Source of the DNA: Spirochaetia bacterium
GTDB lineage: Bacteria > Spirochaetota > Spirochaetia > UBA9216
Assembly (NCBI GenBank): GCA_963675665.1
Contig: OY776510.1
Location: forward strand, 1,248,001 to 1,312,000
Direction: 5' to 3'
Length of the DNA stretch: 64,000 bases
A model generated the notes under the pieces. That model did not search any database, was not told where the DNA came from, and saw nothing but the letters and a program-made list of their open reading frames with translations. The number at the start of each line of letters is the position of its first letter. Position 1 is the stretch's first letter. The position numbers and the translations under genes were made by a program. Of this stretch, positions 30,894-40,767 are shown in pieces.

Positions 30894-32407
30894 GGGAAGC
30901 ATTGCTCTCAACCAAGAATATTTCAAAGGCATATTCGGGAGTGCCGGTTTTAAACAATATCAGTATTGAATTATTCAGTAATTCAGTATTGGGAATAATC
31001 GGTGAGAACGGCGCGGGGAAATCGACTCTGATGAAAATTATCAGCGGGTTGGTGGCTCCTACTTCCGGAAAAATATTCTTGCAGGGGAAAGAAGCATCAA
31101 TACCCAATCCCGAAGCGGCCTGTAATTTGGGTATAAGCATTATACCTCAGGAATTTAATTTAATAGATACCCTGAAGGTATATGAAAATATATTTCTGGG
31201 AAAAGAACTTTACAATCGATATGGTTTCCTGAAGAAGGAAACCATGATTAACCGCAGCAAATCTATTCTGGGTGAACTGGAAGTTGATATCGATCCCGAA
31301 GCCGATATTGGGACCTTGAGTGCGGCGGAAAAACAGATGGTTGAGATAAGCAAGGCGTTATCCATTAACGCAAGATTACTTATCATGGATGAACCGACTA
31401 CGGTCCTTACCGAATTCGAGACGGATATTCTGTTTAACCTGGTATTAAAACTTAAAGAGCGGGGATTTGCCGTCGTTTTTATTTCCCATAAACTGGATGA
31501 GGTAAAAAAAATCTGTGATGATGTTCTCGTTCTTCGGGACGGTAATTTCATTATTCGTAAACCTGCAATTGATATGTCAAAAGCCGAAATGGTTAAAAGC
31601 ATGGTCGGCAGGGATATTGAAAATTTAATATCTCCCCGGAAAGTTGAAGCAAAAGACTATGCTCTTGAGTTAAAAAACCTGAGCGACGGAGATAAGATAG
31701 ATAAAATTTCTTTCGGCGTACGGCCTGGGGAGATCCTCGGATTGGCGGGCCTGGTAGGAGCCGGCAGGACGGAAATTGCCGAGACCATAATTGGAATACG
31801 CAGGCGCGCAGCGGGAGAAATATACATAAACAATAAGGCTGTTCAGATAAAAAGAACGTCGGAAGCCTATAAGCTCGGAATCGGATATCTATCCGAAGAT
31901 CGGCAGGGAAAGGGAATAATTACTTCATTTCCCATTTACCAGAACATCACGTTAACATCTATAGAACATTATTGCAGATCCTTCTTAAAATTCCTGGTAA
32001 GAAAAAAAGAGATTGCGAATGCTTCCGAATATAAAAGGAAATTTAATATAAAAGCACTGCAGCTTGATGCAAGACTTGATAGTTTAAGCGGCGGCAACCA
32101 GCAGAAAGTATCCCTTGCAAAGATTGTAGACACCAGGCCCAAAGTATTAATTCTGGATGAACCGACACGCGGTGTTGATGTGTCGGCAAAGCAGGAGATC
32201 TATCATTTTATAAGAGAACTGGCCGAAGCCGGAATAGCATGCATCCTCATTTCATCGGAGCAGGAAGAAATCATCAAACTTTGCCACCGGGTAATAGTTG
32301 TTCGGAAAGGCTCGATATCGGGTGAGATCGGCAGAGAGGATTTGACTGAAGAGAAAATTATGTTTCTTGCTACGGGTGTACAAGAAAATAAAAAGGAGCA
32401 GTTATGA
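30890..32407 (+). CDS. CUT2 sugar ABC transporter ATP-binding protein
   Basis: GENGAGKST, LSGGNQQK, DEPTRG. Confidence 0.95.
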   Translation: MREALLSTKNISKAYSGVPVLNNISIELFSNSVLGIIGENGAGKSTLMKIISGLVAPTSGKIFLQGKEASIPNPEAACNLGISIIPQEFNLIDTLKVYENIFLGKELYNRYGFLKKETMINRSKSILGELEVDIDPEADIGTLSAAEKQMVEISKALSINARLLIMDEPTTVLTEFETDILFNLVLKLKERGFAVVFISHKLDEVKKICDDVLVLRDGNFIIRKPAIDMSKAEMVKSMVGRDIENLISPRKVEAKDYALELKNLSDGDKIDKISFGVRPGEILGLAGLVGAGRTEIAETIIGIRRRAAGEIYINNKAVQIKRTSEAYKLGIGYLSEDRQGKGIITSFPIYQNITLTSIEHYCRSFLKFLVRKKEIANASEYKRKFNIKALQLDARLDSLSGGNQQKVSLAKIVDTRPKVLILDEPTRGVDVSAKQEIYHFIRELAEAGIACILISSEQEEIIKLCHRVIVVRKGSISGEIGREDLTEEKIMFLATGVQENKKEQL

Positions 32408-33384
32408 TGGCCCATGTAATTGGTCGGAAAATAGTGAAATTATTGAGAAAGAACGCTACAGCCAATGTTCTTGTAGTTTTTATAATTATTTCAGCAATTA
32501 TCAGCCCGCATTTCCTTCAAACGCGGAATTTAATCAACATTCTACGTCAGGTTTCCTATACGGGCATTATAGCTTTAGGTATGACGTTCGTAATTATCAG
32601 CGGAGGTATAGATTTATCGGTCGGCTCTCTCGTTGCATTTTGCGGATTAATATTGATGCTGTTTCTAAACGCCGTGTTGAAAGTTTTTATAGTACCAGTC
32701 GCTATTACACTGACAATATTCGTAAGCATATTTATCGGGGTTTGTTCCGGGTTTATGAACGGTCTCCTTGTTGCAAGGGGGAAAATCGTTTCTTTTATTG
32801 CGACATTGGGCGGCATGACGATCTACAGATCTATGACGTTGTTCATAGGAAAGGCCGGTGAAATCAGGTCCGGTACTTCGTCTTTCGGCCGTATAGGTAT
32901 GGGGGCGATTTTCGGCATTCCCGTTCCGGTCGTTACAATGTTTTTAATCGCAGTATTGTTCAGCATCCTGTTGAACAATACAAAATATGGCCGTCATGTC
33001 TGTGCGGTCGGAGCGAACAGCAATGTAGCGCGGTTTTCGGGCATTAATATCAATAGAATTCAGATAATAACATTTACAATTTCCGGATTGGTATCAGGTA
33101 TTTCAGCGCTTCTTTTAGCGTCGAGGTTTAATGCTGTATCGACTTCGAATTTGGGAATCGGGTTTGAGCTGGATGCCATAGCGGCTGTAATTGTCGGAGG
33201 GACGGCGATGAACGGAGGCCGCGGGACGATTTGGGGTACCGTTTTCGGAGTAATTATCCTGGGAATATTAAATAATATGCTCAATATAGTCGGCGTTTCG
33301 GCATACCTGCAGGGAACTATTAAAGGTTTGATAATCATCGGTGCTGTTCTGATACAGCAGGCAGGTACAGGATACAGGGAATAG
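32404..33384 (+). CDS. Sugar ABC transporter permease
   Basis: GGIDLSVG, FELDAIAAVIVGG. Confidence 0.93.
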   Translation: MMAHVIGRKIVKLLRKNATANVLVVFIIISAIISPHFLQTRNLINILRQVSYTGIIALGMTFVIISGGIDLSVGSLVAFCGLILMLFLNAVLKVFIVPVAITLTIFVSIFIGVCSGFMNGLLVARGKIVSFIATLGGMTIYRSMTLFIGKAGEIRSGTSSFGRIGMGAIFGIPVPVVTMFLIAVLFSILLNNTKYGRHVCAVGANSNVARFSGININRIQIITFTISGLVSGISALLLASRFNAVSTSNLGIGFELDAIAAVIVGGTAMNGGRGTIWGTVFGVIILGILNNMLNIVGVSAYLQGTIKGLIIIGAVLIQQAGTGYRE

Positions 33385-33503
33385 CCCGGCCGAAGATGCC
33401 GGATATTCCTTTCAAAAGGAGGGCCCTATGTAAACGGTTTTAATTATTGTGCAGATTCTTGGTTAGGAAAAAATTCAGGAGAAAAGAAATTGGAGGAGAA
33501 GAA

Positions 33504-34559
33504 ATGTTAAAAAGAATACAGATTGTATTATTTTCCGTTATATTGTCGGGAACTCTCATTTTCGCCGTAAGCTGCGTAAAAAATGAAGGGGCTTCCGTAG
33601 AAAAGTCTGGAATGGAAGAATCGACAGAAATGTCCGATAACAATTCTGATACAAATAAATCAACCGAACCGATCCGGGTGGGAGTTTCAATGCCCTCGGC
33701 TACCCATGGATATCTGGCCCGATGCATCTATCAGACGGAGCGGGCAATTAAGGATTGGGGAAAGAAGGACAATAGCATCGAGTTTGTTCTTGTTACAGCT
33801 GATAATGTGAACAAACAGGCGAATGACATTCAGGACCTGGTGATTACCGGAATTGATGCCCTGGTGGTTTTTCCGTTTGATACTACTTTAACCTCAACTA
33901 TAAAAGAGGTTTTCGACAGCGGCATCTATGTTGTGGTATTGGATAGAGGCGTCACAGACAGCAGTTATAATATCTGGCTGACTATCGACAGTTACGAATA
34001 TGCACGTGTCGGGATGGAGTTCCTGTGTAAACAGCTGGAATACAAAGGCGATGTAGTAAATATTGAAGGTATACCCTGTTCACACACGACAGACAGAAAT
34101 CAGGCAATTTATGACGTTGCCGCTAAATATCCGGGGATTAATGTAATTGATTCCCAGCCGGCAGATTGGAACCGTCAGAAAGCACTGACAGTAATGGAAA
34201 ATTACTTACAGCGTTATGACAGGATTGACGGCCTAATAACTACCGATGATGATGTTTTAATTGGCGCAATGCAGGCCTATGATGAATCCGGACGAACGGA
34301 TCTTCGTGCGGCTATCGGCGGAGCAGGTGATAAAAATATTATCGAGATGATAATCAACGACAGTCATCCGTTGATTAAGGGAAATATGACATTTCCGCCT
34401 TCGCAGTGTGCTACAGCTGTTTCTCTGGCGGTTATGGGCGTAAGGAATATCGGTTTAAATAATTTTTATCAGGAAGTCCTTCCGAAAAGAATAGTTTTAT
34501 CTTCTGCATTAATAACAAAAGATAACGCGGAGAGATATTACTTTCCGGATGAGCCCTGA
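33504..34559 (+). CDS. Sugar ABC transporter substrate-binding lipoprotein
   Basis: ATG after GGAGGAG, lipobox AVSC, periplasmic binding protein type I motifs. Confidence 0.88.
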   Translation: MLKRIQIVLFSVILSGTLIFAVSCVKNEGASVEKSGMEESTEMSDNNSDTNKSTEPIRVGVSMPSATHGYLARCIYQTERAIKDWGKKDNSIEFVLVTADNVNKQANDIQDLVITGIDALVVFPFDTTLTSTIKEVFDSGIYVVVLDRGVTDSSYNIWLTIDSYEYARVGMEFLCKQLEYKGDVVNIEGIPCSHTTDRNQAIYDVAAKYPGINVIDSQPADWNRQKALTVMENYLQRYDRIDGLITTDDDVLIGAMQAYDESGRTDLRAAIGGAGDKNIIEMIINDSHPLIKGNMTFPPSQCATAVSLAVMGVRNIGLNNFYQEVLPKRIVLSSALITKDNAERYYFPDEP

Positions 34560-34580
34560 GCCGGGTAACATTATAATATG

Positions 34581-34611
34581 CCGATTGCGTGATATATATA
34601 CTCGCAATCGG
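34581..34611 (+). terminator. Stem-loop after second substrate-binding protein gene
   Basis: CCGATTGCG...CGCAATCGG. Confidence 0.5.
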
Positions 34612-34646
34612 TTAATTACACAATAAACATGGAGGTTTGAGTTTCA

Positions 34647-35732
34647 ATGAAAATAGGAATTATTGGGGCGGGAGGAATGGCTGATTATCATATTTCCGGA
34701 TTTGAAAAAGCCGGTGCAAAAATTATTGCCGTTACCTCAAGGACAATAGAATCAGCAAAGCGTTTGGGTGAAAAATATTCGATTAAATCGGTATATTCAA
34801 ATGTGGATGAAATGCTGCAAAACCATACGGATATGGATGCTGTTTCAATAATAACACCCAATGTGTATCACCACAGCTATTCCGTCAAATGTCTTAAAGC
34901 AGGGTTGCATGTTTTTTGTGAAAAGCCTCCTGCGCTTGATTATCAGGAAACTGCCGAATTGCGTGATGCTGCAGAAAAAAATAACCGGGTTCTTATGTTT
35001 AATTTTAATAATCGGGCCAGGCCTGAGACTTTGGCAATGCAGCGATATATTGATAACGGAGAAGTCGGAAAAATAAATTCAGCGCAGGCCGTCTGGATTA
35101 GAAGAACGGGAATTCCGGGTTTTGGTGGATGGTTTACAGATAAAAGCAAATCGGGCGGCGGGCCTGTTATTGACTTGCTGCATATGGCTGATATGGCATT
35201 GTCTTTTATGGGTTTCCCGGAACCGGATTGGGTCTTGTCTAAAACATTTGATAATTTTTCGGATAACAAATCCTTCAAGGGCCCCTGGGGCATTCCTGAT
35301 AATGCCATGGGTATAACTGATGTTGAAACCGCCAGTCATGCATTTATAACATTCAGGACGGGACAAGTTTTATTTGTAAGAAATTCATGGGCTGAATTAA
35401 ATAAAAAAGAACAATGCAGTGTTACTTTTCAGGGAGAAAAGGCCGGTGGAAAAGTGGAACGCATTTATCATATTGACGGAATTGATGAAAGCAGTGAGGA
35501 TATATGTGAGCTGTATACTCATGAAAACGGATTGCCTGTTAACAGGCGGGTTATTTTTAATCCGGATGAAGCAATGGGGCGTGTAAGAAATGCGGAAAAT
35601 TTCATAAAGGCAATAAAGGGAGAAGAAAAGCCGCTAAGTACGCCCGACCAGGCATGTATACTGATGAAAATTGTTGATGCTTTATATGAGTCCTCCCGCT
35701 TGGGAGAACCTGTTAAGGTGCGGCAGGATTGA
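34647..35732 (+). CDS. Gfo/Idh/MocA oxidoreductase
   Basis: GAGGMA, HVFCEKPP, GGWFTDK.KSGGGPVIDL.H. Confidence 0.9.
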   Translation: MKIGIIGAGGMADYHISGFEKAGAKIIAVTSRTIESAKRLGEKYSIKSVYSNVDEMLQNHTDMDAVSIITPNVYHHSYSVKCLKAGLHVFCEKPPALDYQETAELRDAAEKNNRVLMFNFNNRARPETLAMQRYIDNGEVGKINSAQAVWIRRTGIPGFGGWFTDKSKSGGGPVIDLLHMADMALSFMGFPEPDWVLSKTFDNFSDNKSFKGPWGIPDNAMGITDVETASHAFITFRTGQVLFVRNSWAELNKKEQCSVTFQGEKAGGKVERIYHIDGIDESSEDICELYTHENGLPVNRRVIFNPDEAMGRVRNAENFIKAIKGEEKPLSTPDQACILMKIVDALYESSRLGEPVKVRQD

Positions 35733-36673
35733 TTATGGATTTGTTAAAAGAAAAAGCAGATATGAGAAAAGACCTTATTATTGCAGTAGATATCGGCGGA
35801 ACGAAAATGCATTCTGTATTAATGAATACATCCGGTTCCGTTTTGGCGGAACATCGTATACAACACAAAAAACAGTCGCCGGATGATCATTTTAATGATT
35901 TGGTCCAGCTTATTGAAATTACTCTTCATGACGGGCCCTGCTCAAATGATAATACGGCAATATGTATAGGTGTAAACAGCCCGGTAACAGGTGAAGACGG
36001 GATGGTTGTCTGGGCCCCTGCTTTGGGCTGGAAAAACAGGCCGATTGGATTACAATTACGGAAAAAATTTTCCGTTCCCGTAAAGATTGAAAACGACGCC
36101 AATCTGGCCTGTCTGGGAGAATGGTATTCCGGGGCCGGGAAAGGCTTTAATAATATTGTTTCCATCTTTTTAGGGACCGGTATAGGCGCGGGGATAATTC
36201 TGGATGGCAAGCTTTATAGCGGTGCAAGAGGGTGTGCCGGAGAGATGGGCAGGATGCCCATTAATCAGAATTCACTCCATGAAAACCGTCATTCAGGATT
36301 CGGAGCCCTGGAGAGTGTTTCCTCCGGTTTGGGTATAGAGTATAATGCAAGAAAGCATCTCGAAGAAATGAATATCGAACCGTTGGAAATATCAGCCGAA
36401 GCGGTAATATCAGCCTGTTTAAAAGGTGAAGAGTGGGCGGTTAAAACAATTGAGAACTCGCTCGATTATCTTGCAATTGCTATAGCTCAGATAATATGTC
36501 TGCTGGATCCTGAGGTTATTATTATAGGAGGAGGTGTGGCAAACGCCTTTTCGGTTATAGGACCGCTGCTTCGTGAAAGACTTGTTTCACTGATCCCTCA
36601 CGTTCCGGATTTGAAGCAGGCAAAACTGGGTCCGCTGGCATCAGCTTTCGGTGCACTTTCCTGTTACCAATAA
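35729..36673 (+). CDS. ROK-family sugar kinase
   Basis: DIGGTK, ENDAN, GTGIGAG, AGEMG. Confidence 0.9.
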   Translation: MIMDLLKEKADMRKDLIIAVDIGGTKMHSVLMNTSGSVLAEHRIQHKKQSPDDHFNDLVQLIEITLHDGPCSNDNTAICIGVNSPVTGEDGMVVWAPALGWKNRPIGLQLRKKFSVPVKIENDANLACLGEWYSGAGKGFNNIVSIFLGTGIGAGIILDGKLYSGARGCAGEMGRMPINQNSLHENRHSGFGALESVSSGLGIEYNARKHLEEMNIEPLEISAEAVISACLKGEEWAVKTIENSLDYLAIAIAQIICLLDPEVIIIGGGVANAFSVIGPLLRERLVSLIPHVPDLKQAKLGPLASAFGALSCYQ

Positions 36674-36801
36674 CAATTGTCAGTATCTGTCCGGATTGAA
36701 TATTATTTTTACGGACGGATAAATTGGTATATTCCTGACAATACAATAAAAAACTGCTTTGGCTGTAGGGATAATATTTTTCTTTATGATAAACTGGGGA
36801 T

Positions 36802-37554
36802 ATGCCTGTTAAAATATTAAAAACAATCCTTTTTTCATTATTGTTATGTCTGTTTTTGACGGCAGAAATTTTCGCCGCCGACACCTCCGGGATGGAGCTT
36901 TTTGCAGAAACCGGTTCCTTCCGGTTTTATGCCCGCGACGCCGATGATTATTCGGATTTTTATCAACTGCTTGATGAAAAAAGCAGGGAATTTGAATTGC
37001 TTTTTCAGAAAAAGCTTCCTGTTAAAGTTGATTTTTATATTTATCCGGACCGGGTTTCCTTTTTCAGAGATGCCCTGCACTGCGATAAACCGTTTGGGAC
37101 TACAACAGCCCTGGCCGATCATGTCGGTCACCGGATACATCTGACTTCTCCCTATGATGAAGAAGTAATAAAAATCGGGAAGGACATGAAAAAGGTTGCG
37201 GTGCATGAACTGGTGCATCTGTATTTCCCGTCCAGGTATATCTTTATTCGCGAGGGTATGGCAGAATATTATTCGGATCGTCTCAATCCGATGCTCCCGG
37301 AGGATATCCCGAAGCGTTTATCCGATATGGCATTTTATCACAAGGGTGATGATGAAACACGCAAGGCATATAACGCTTCAGGCTGGATGATGAAATTTAT
37401 AATCGAAGAGTGCCTTAACGGCGGACTGCAGGGAGACCGGCGGAGATTTCTTAAATACACAAACAACCCGGAGGATTACACAATCCTCGGGTATGGGAGC
37501 GAAGCGGCTTTTTTTGAGGCTTTTTCCGGGTATATTAAAGAGAATATTTATTAA
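36802..37554 (+). CDS. Secreted hypothetical protein with zincin motif
   Basis: Signal peptide; HELVH followed by EGMAEY (gluzincin-like spacing). Confidence 0.6.
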   Translation: MPVKILKTILFSLLLCLFLTAEIFAADTSGMELFAETGSFRFYARDADDYSDFYQLLDEKSREFELLFQKKLPVKVDFYIYPDRVSFFRDALHCDKPFGTTTALADHVGHRIHLTSPYDEEVIKIGKDMKKVAVHELVHLYFPSRYIFIREGMAEYYSDRLNPMLPEDIPKRLSDMAFYHKGDDETRKAYNASGWMMKFIIEECLNGGLQGDRRRFLKYTNNPEDYTILGYGSEAAFFEAFSGYIKENIY

Positions 37555-38614
37555 ATGAATTCCTGCACGGAGGTCCGTAACAGTAGTTCATTTCGCCGTT
37601 GTTCAAATTGACCATGAATGAAATAACGGTTTCCCACTGTTTGTTGTCTTCAACATCTTCTCTTCTGTGTCGGCAGATTGAATCGGGATAACCGACATGG
37701 TTTCTCAATCCTGCTTTTATTGTATCTTCTGTTATGCCGGTTGAGCAATTGATAAAATGTGCCTTCAAGGTTTCCGTTCTTGTAAAAGTATCAGGAAGAA
37801 GCTGACAGCCGGTATCTTTTTCTTTTACAAGACTACTTTGAAAATGGTTACTATGTACAAGAATTCCGTCAGTTGAATTTAGAGTCGGGTTTGAAGACGG
37901 CGTACATTCAATATCTATTGTCTCCCCGGTGCTGTAGCCCAACATTAAATTTCCGGAATTCGGACCGGTGTTGCCGGTTATTATGTTAATGCTTTCAGCA
38001 TAGTTTTTACTGTTCAGTATCCCTCTCACCTTGATCAGAAACGGCAGTCCGGGTTTGAAATGATCTGCAGAAGTTTTTATGAAATTCAAGGCAACGCCGA
38101 TTCCTTTTGAATTGTAACCCTTATGTCCGATGATTCCGGCTTCCGTAAGAAGCACTATGTCCGGCTTTGCTTTTTGTTTTATATGAAGCAACAGGCATTG
38201 CTGATATTGCCGGGGTTTGTAATCCCAGTTTTGGCCTAAAAAAACAGCGCCATTTCTTGTCGCTGGAGAAGAGAGCGCAAAGGATGTGCAGCCTTCAAGC
38301 GTTTTGGCCATTTCCGGAATATATTTATAATTTAATTCCCAACGTGAATTTAATGCAACAATATGATTTATACTTAAATTAACCCCGTCGGCAAGCCCTT
38401 TTATTTCCTGAAGGAGGTCGGTATCAAATGCCTCGATGTAAGGAATAAAAGCTGCAGCATCATCAAGAATAGTACGAGAAGGAATTCCGGAACCATCCTC
38501 CCATAGTTTTAAATAAAATTCACAATTGCGGATAACTTCGTCTTTTGCCAGGTTTCCATGCTGAAGGCCGATTTCATAAGGAGCCCCTTCCGCCTTGACA
38601 GATTTTAAATTCAT
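37535..38614 (-). CDS. C45-family Ntn cysteine hydrolase / acyltransferase
   Basis: YEIGLQHG, G-CTS autoproteolysis site, GQNWD, HSNHF, SICRH. Confidence 0.88.
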   Translation of the reverse strand: MNLKSVKAEGAPYEIGLQHGNLAKDEVIRNCEFYLKLWEDGSGIPSRTILDDAAAFIPYIEAFDTDLLQEIKGLADGVNLSINHIVALNSRWELNYKYIPEMAKTLEGCTSFALSSPATRNGAVFLGQNWDYKPRQYQQCLLLHIKQKAKPDIVLLTEAGIIGHKGYNSKGIGVALNFIKTSADHFKPGLPFLIKVRGILNSKNYAESINIITGNTGPNSGNLMLGYSTGETIDIECTPSSNPTLNSTDGILVHSNHFQSSLVKEKDTGCQLLPDTFTRTETLKAHFINCSTGITEDTIKAGLRNHVGYPDSICRHRREDVEDNKQWETVISFMVNLNNGEMNYCYGPPCRNSFNKYSL

Positions 38615-38641
38615 ATCAATACCTTTATCCTTACAGAGGTT

Positions 38642-39406
38642 TTACGTGGTTTCGGTATAAGCAACCCGGGATGTAAAAGATTTCTCGACACGGTTGATAA
38701 TATGTTCTATGTGCGTCTCTACGCGTTCCTGAGCATTTTCAATATCCCTGCTTTTTATTGCATTTAAAATTGCATCATGCTCGGAATGGATTATATTTAA
38801 ATTCCCGGGCAATGCAGATATAAATGCGCGTTTTATCTCTTCATGCATAAAAGAACTCAACGTTTGGTAAATATCTATAAACACAGAATTTCCGCTTCCT
38901 TCGATTATTGTGCCGTGAAATTCATAATCGTTCTCAATAAAAGTGGACGGGTTTTCAAAATTTTGCATACTTCTATGTCTGTCTTCAATTTCTTTAAATA
39001 TATAATCCCATTCTTTGCCTAACTCATGATGCCGCAAGATGAATGCTTTAACTGACATAAGCTCTACAGATCTTCTAAGTTCGATAAGTTCGAAAAAATC
39101 TTTTCTACCGAGTAAAATCGCCCATGAAAGAACCTCTTTCGACAGGTTGGAGTTCTCACAGACAAAAGTTCCTCTTCCCGGATACATTTCAAGTATGCCC
39201 AGATACTGAAGGATTTTTATAGCTTCTCTTACGGAAGACCTGCCTATCCCGAACATTTCTTCAAGTTCGGGCTCCGTTGGTATTTTTTCTCCTACCGCAA
39301 ATGTTCCGTTAGCTATTAATTCCTTAATGTCTTCAAGAACCTGCCCTACAACAGTTTTTTGTTTAATTGTTTTTTTTATCATGGAAACCTGCCTTATATC
39401 AATCAT
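38642..39406 (-). CDS. GntR/FadR-family regulator
   Basis: IPTE.EL...GRSSVREA..., GRGTFV; FCD domain DYEFH...SGN. Confidence 0.92.
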   Translation of the reverse strand: MIDIRQVSMIKKTIKQKTVVGQVLEDIKELIANGTFAVGEKIPTEPELEEMFGIGRSSVREAIKILQYLGILEMYPGRGTFVCENSNLSKEVLSWAILLGRKDFFELIELRRSVELMSVKAFILRHHELGKEWDYIFKEIEDRHRSMQNFENPSTFIENDYEFHGTIIEGSGNSVFIDIYQTLSSFMHEEIKRAFISALPGNLNIIHSEHDAILNAIKSRDIENAQERVETHIEHIINRVEKSFTSRVAYTETT

Positions 39407-39489
39407 AGCATATTTATTTGCAAACAGTATATCAATCTATATTTAAAAAAAATTGACATAGGTAACAAAACAATATGCATAAAAAAAAC

Positions 39490-39518
39490 TTGACAGCACA
39501 AAAATGTGCTTGTAGAAT
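39490..39518 (+). promoter_or_regulatory. Sigma70 promoter of the E1-alpha operon
   Basis: TTGACA-N17-TAGAAT. Confidence 0.75.
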
Positions 39519-39538
39519 CACTACAGATGATGATCAGA

Positions 39539-39549
39539 ACATCAGATGT
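39539..39549. promoter_or_regulatory. Candidate FadR/GntR operator
   Basis: ACATC-A-GATGT palindrome downstream of the -10; ACATCAG recurs at about 39560. Confidence 0.5.
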
Positions 39550-39575
39550 ACTAAATTTAACATCAGGAGACGAAG

Positions 39576-40541
39576 ATGTCAATTCCAAAAGCGAAACTAT
39601 CAGATCTATATAAGAAATTAGTTCTTTGTAGAGAATTCGAGAATGTGACAATAAAGCTTTTTAAGAATAATGAGCTTCCGGGTTTCCTGCATTCCCAGTT
39701 AGGACAGGAAGCAATACCTGTCGGCGTATCGGCCTGTTTGAAAGATGGAGATTTTGTACAGCCGACCCACCGGGGACATGCAGATATGGTTAGCAAAGGT
39801 ATGGATGTAAAAAGAATGATGGCTGAATTATTTGCCAAAAAAACCGGCTATAATCACGGAAAGGGCGGCTCAATGCATATGGCGAGTGTATCGGAAGGCG
39901 TTTTAGGCGCAACAGGTATTGTCGGAAGCGGGCCTGTTATTTCCATAGGCGTAGCATTGGGTTTAATGATGAAGAAAACTGATAATGTGATTATCAGCTT
40001 CTTCGGCGACGGGGCCACGAACGAGGGAAGCGTCCATGAAGCGATCAGTATGGCTGCGGTATGGAAACTTCCCATAGTGTTTGTAATTCAGAACAATCAG
40101 TTTGCCGAATCAACCCCCAGAAAAGATCATCAGAAGGTTGAAGATCTCTCTTCACGTGCTGCAGGTTATGGTATTGAAGGGTATACCTGTGACGGAAATG
40201 ATGTTTTTTCCGTTTACGAAACAGCCGTAAAAGCTGTTGATAAGGCAAGAAAGGGAGAAGGGCCGTCAATTATAAATGCGGAAACTTACAGGATCCTCGG
40301 CCATTATGTGGGTGATCCCGGAACCGGTTACAGGGAAAAAGAAGAGGTAGAGGAAGCAAAGAAGCGGGATCCGGTTAAGAAATTTAAAGAGAATCTTATT
40401 AAGATGAAAGTGTTGACTGAAGCATCGGCAAAAAAGATTGAAGATGAAGTAGATGCACTTATGGAAGAAGCTGTTGCTTTTGGAAAGGAAAGCCCGGAGC
40501 CTCCTGTTGAGGATTTAACAGCCGATGTATACACTCTGTAA
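39576..40541 (+). CDS. TPP-dependent dehydrogenase E1 alpha (AcoA/PdhA-like)
   Basis: GQEA, THRGH, GKGGSMH, GDGATNEG, NNQFA, YRILGH. Confidence 0.94.
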   Translation: MSIPKAKLSDLYKKLVLCREFENVTIKLFKNNELPGFLHSQLGQEAIPVGVSACLKDGDFVQPTHRGHADMVSKGMDVKRMMAELFAKKTGYNHGKGGSMHMASVSEGVLGATGIVGSGPVISIGVALGLMMKKTDNVIISFFGDGATNEGSVHEAISMAAVWKLPIVFVIQNNQFAESTPRKDHQKVEDLSSRAAGYGIEGYTCDGNDVFSVYETAVKAVDKARKGEGPSIINAETYRILGHYVGDPGTGYREKEEVEEAKKRDPVKKFKENLIKMKVLTEASAKKIEDEVDALMEEAVAFGKESPEPPVEDLTADVYTL

Positions 40542-40579
40542 AAACATTTAGGAGGAATGATAAAAAGTCTTCATGAGCT

Positions 40580-40732
40580 GGTGAATTGATATACTGCCTT
40601 AACTTTAATTGAGGCAGTAAGGTTACTGTTCGACATTTTTACTGGTCCGCGAGACCGTTTAGGAGATTGAAGAGCCGTAACCGAAACATTCAATGGTCTG
40701 CGAGACCGGATAGGAGAATGGAACAATTCACC
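40580..40732 (+). ncRNA. Predicted bridge-RNA-like non-coding RNA in the IS110 left end
   Basis: Outer stem GGTGAATTG/CAATTCACC; hairpin TACTGCCTT...GAGGCAGTA; two modules with GGTC(C/T)GCGAGACC hairpins flanked by target- and donor-matching segments. Ends are approximate. Confidence 0.75.
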
Positions 40733-40767
40733 GTATAGGCACTGCTTCAAACTATTGGAGATAGAAC

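Noticed and set aside
40549-40554. TAGGAG as a classical target-site duplication
   Set aside because: IS110 enzymes recombine conservatively through a shared core. One copy is probably element-derived, and the exact crossover within the 6 bp cannot be fixed from these two sites.
40644-40716. Repeated GGTCYGCGAGACCG..TAGGAGA units as a mini-CRISPR array
   Set aside because: Only two units, no cas genes, and they lie inside an IS110 end; better explained as the paired RNA loops.
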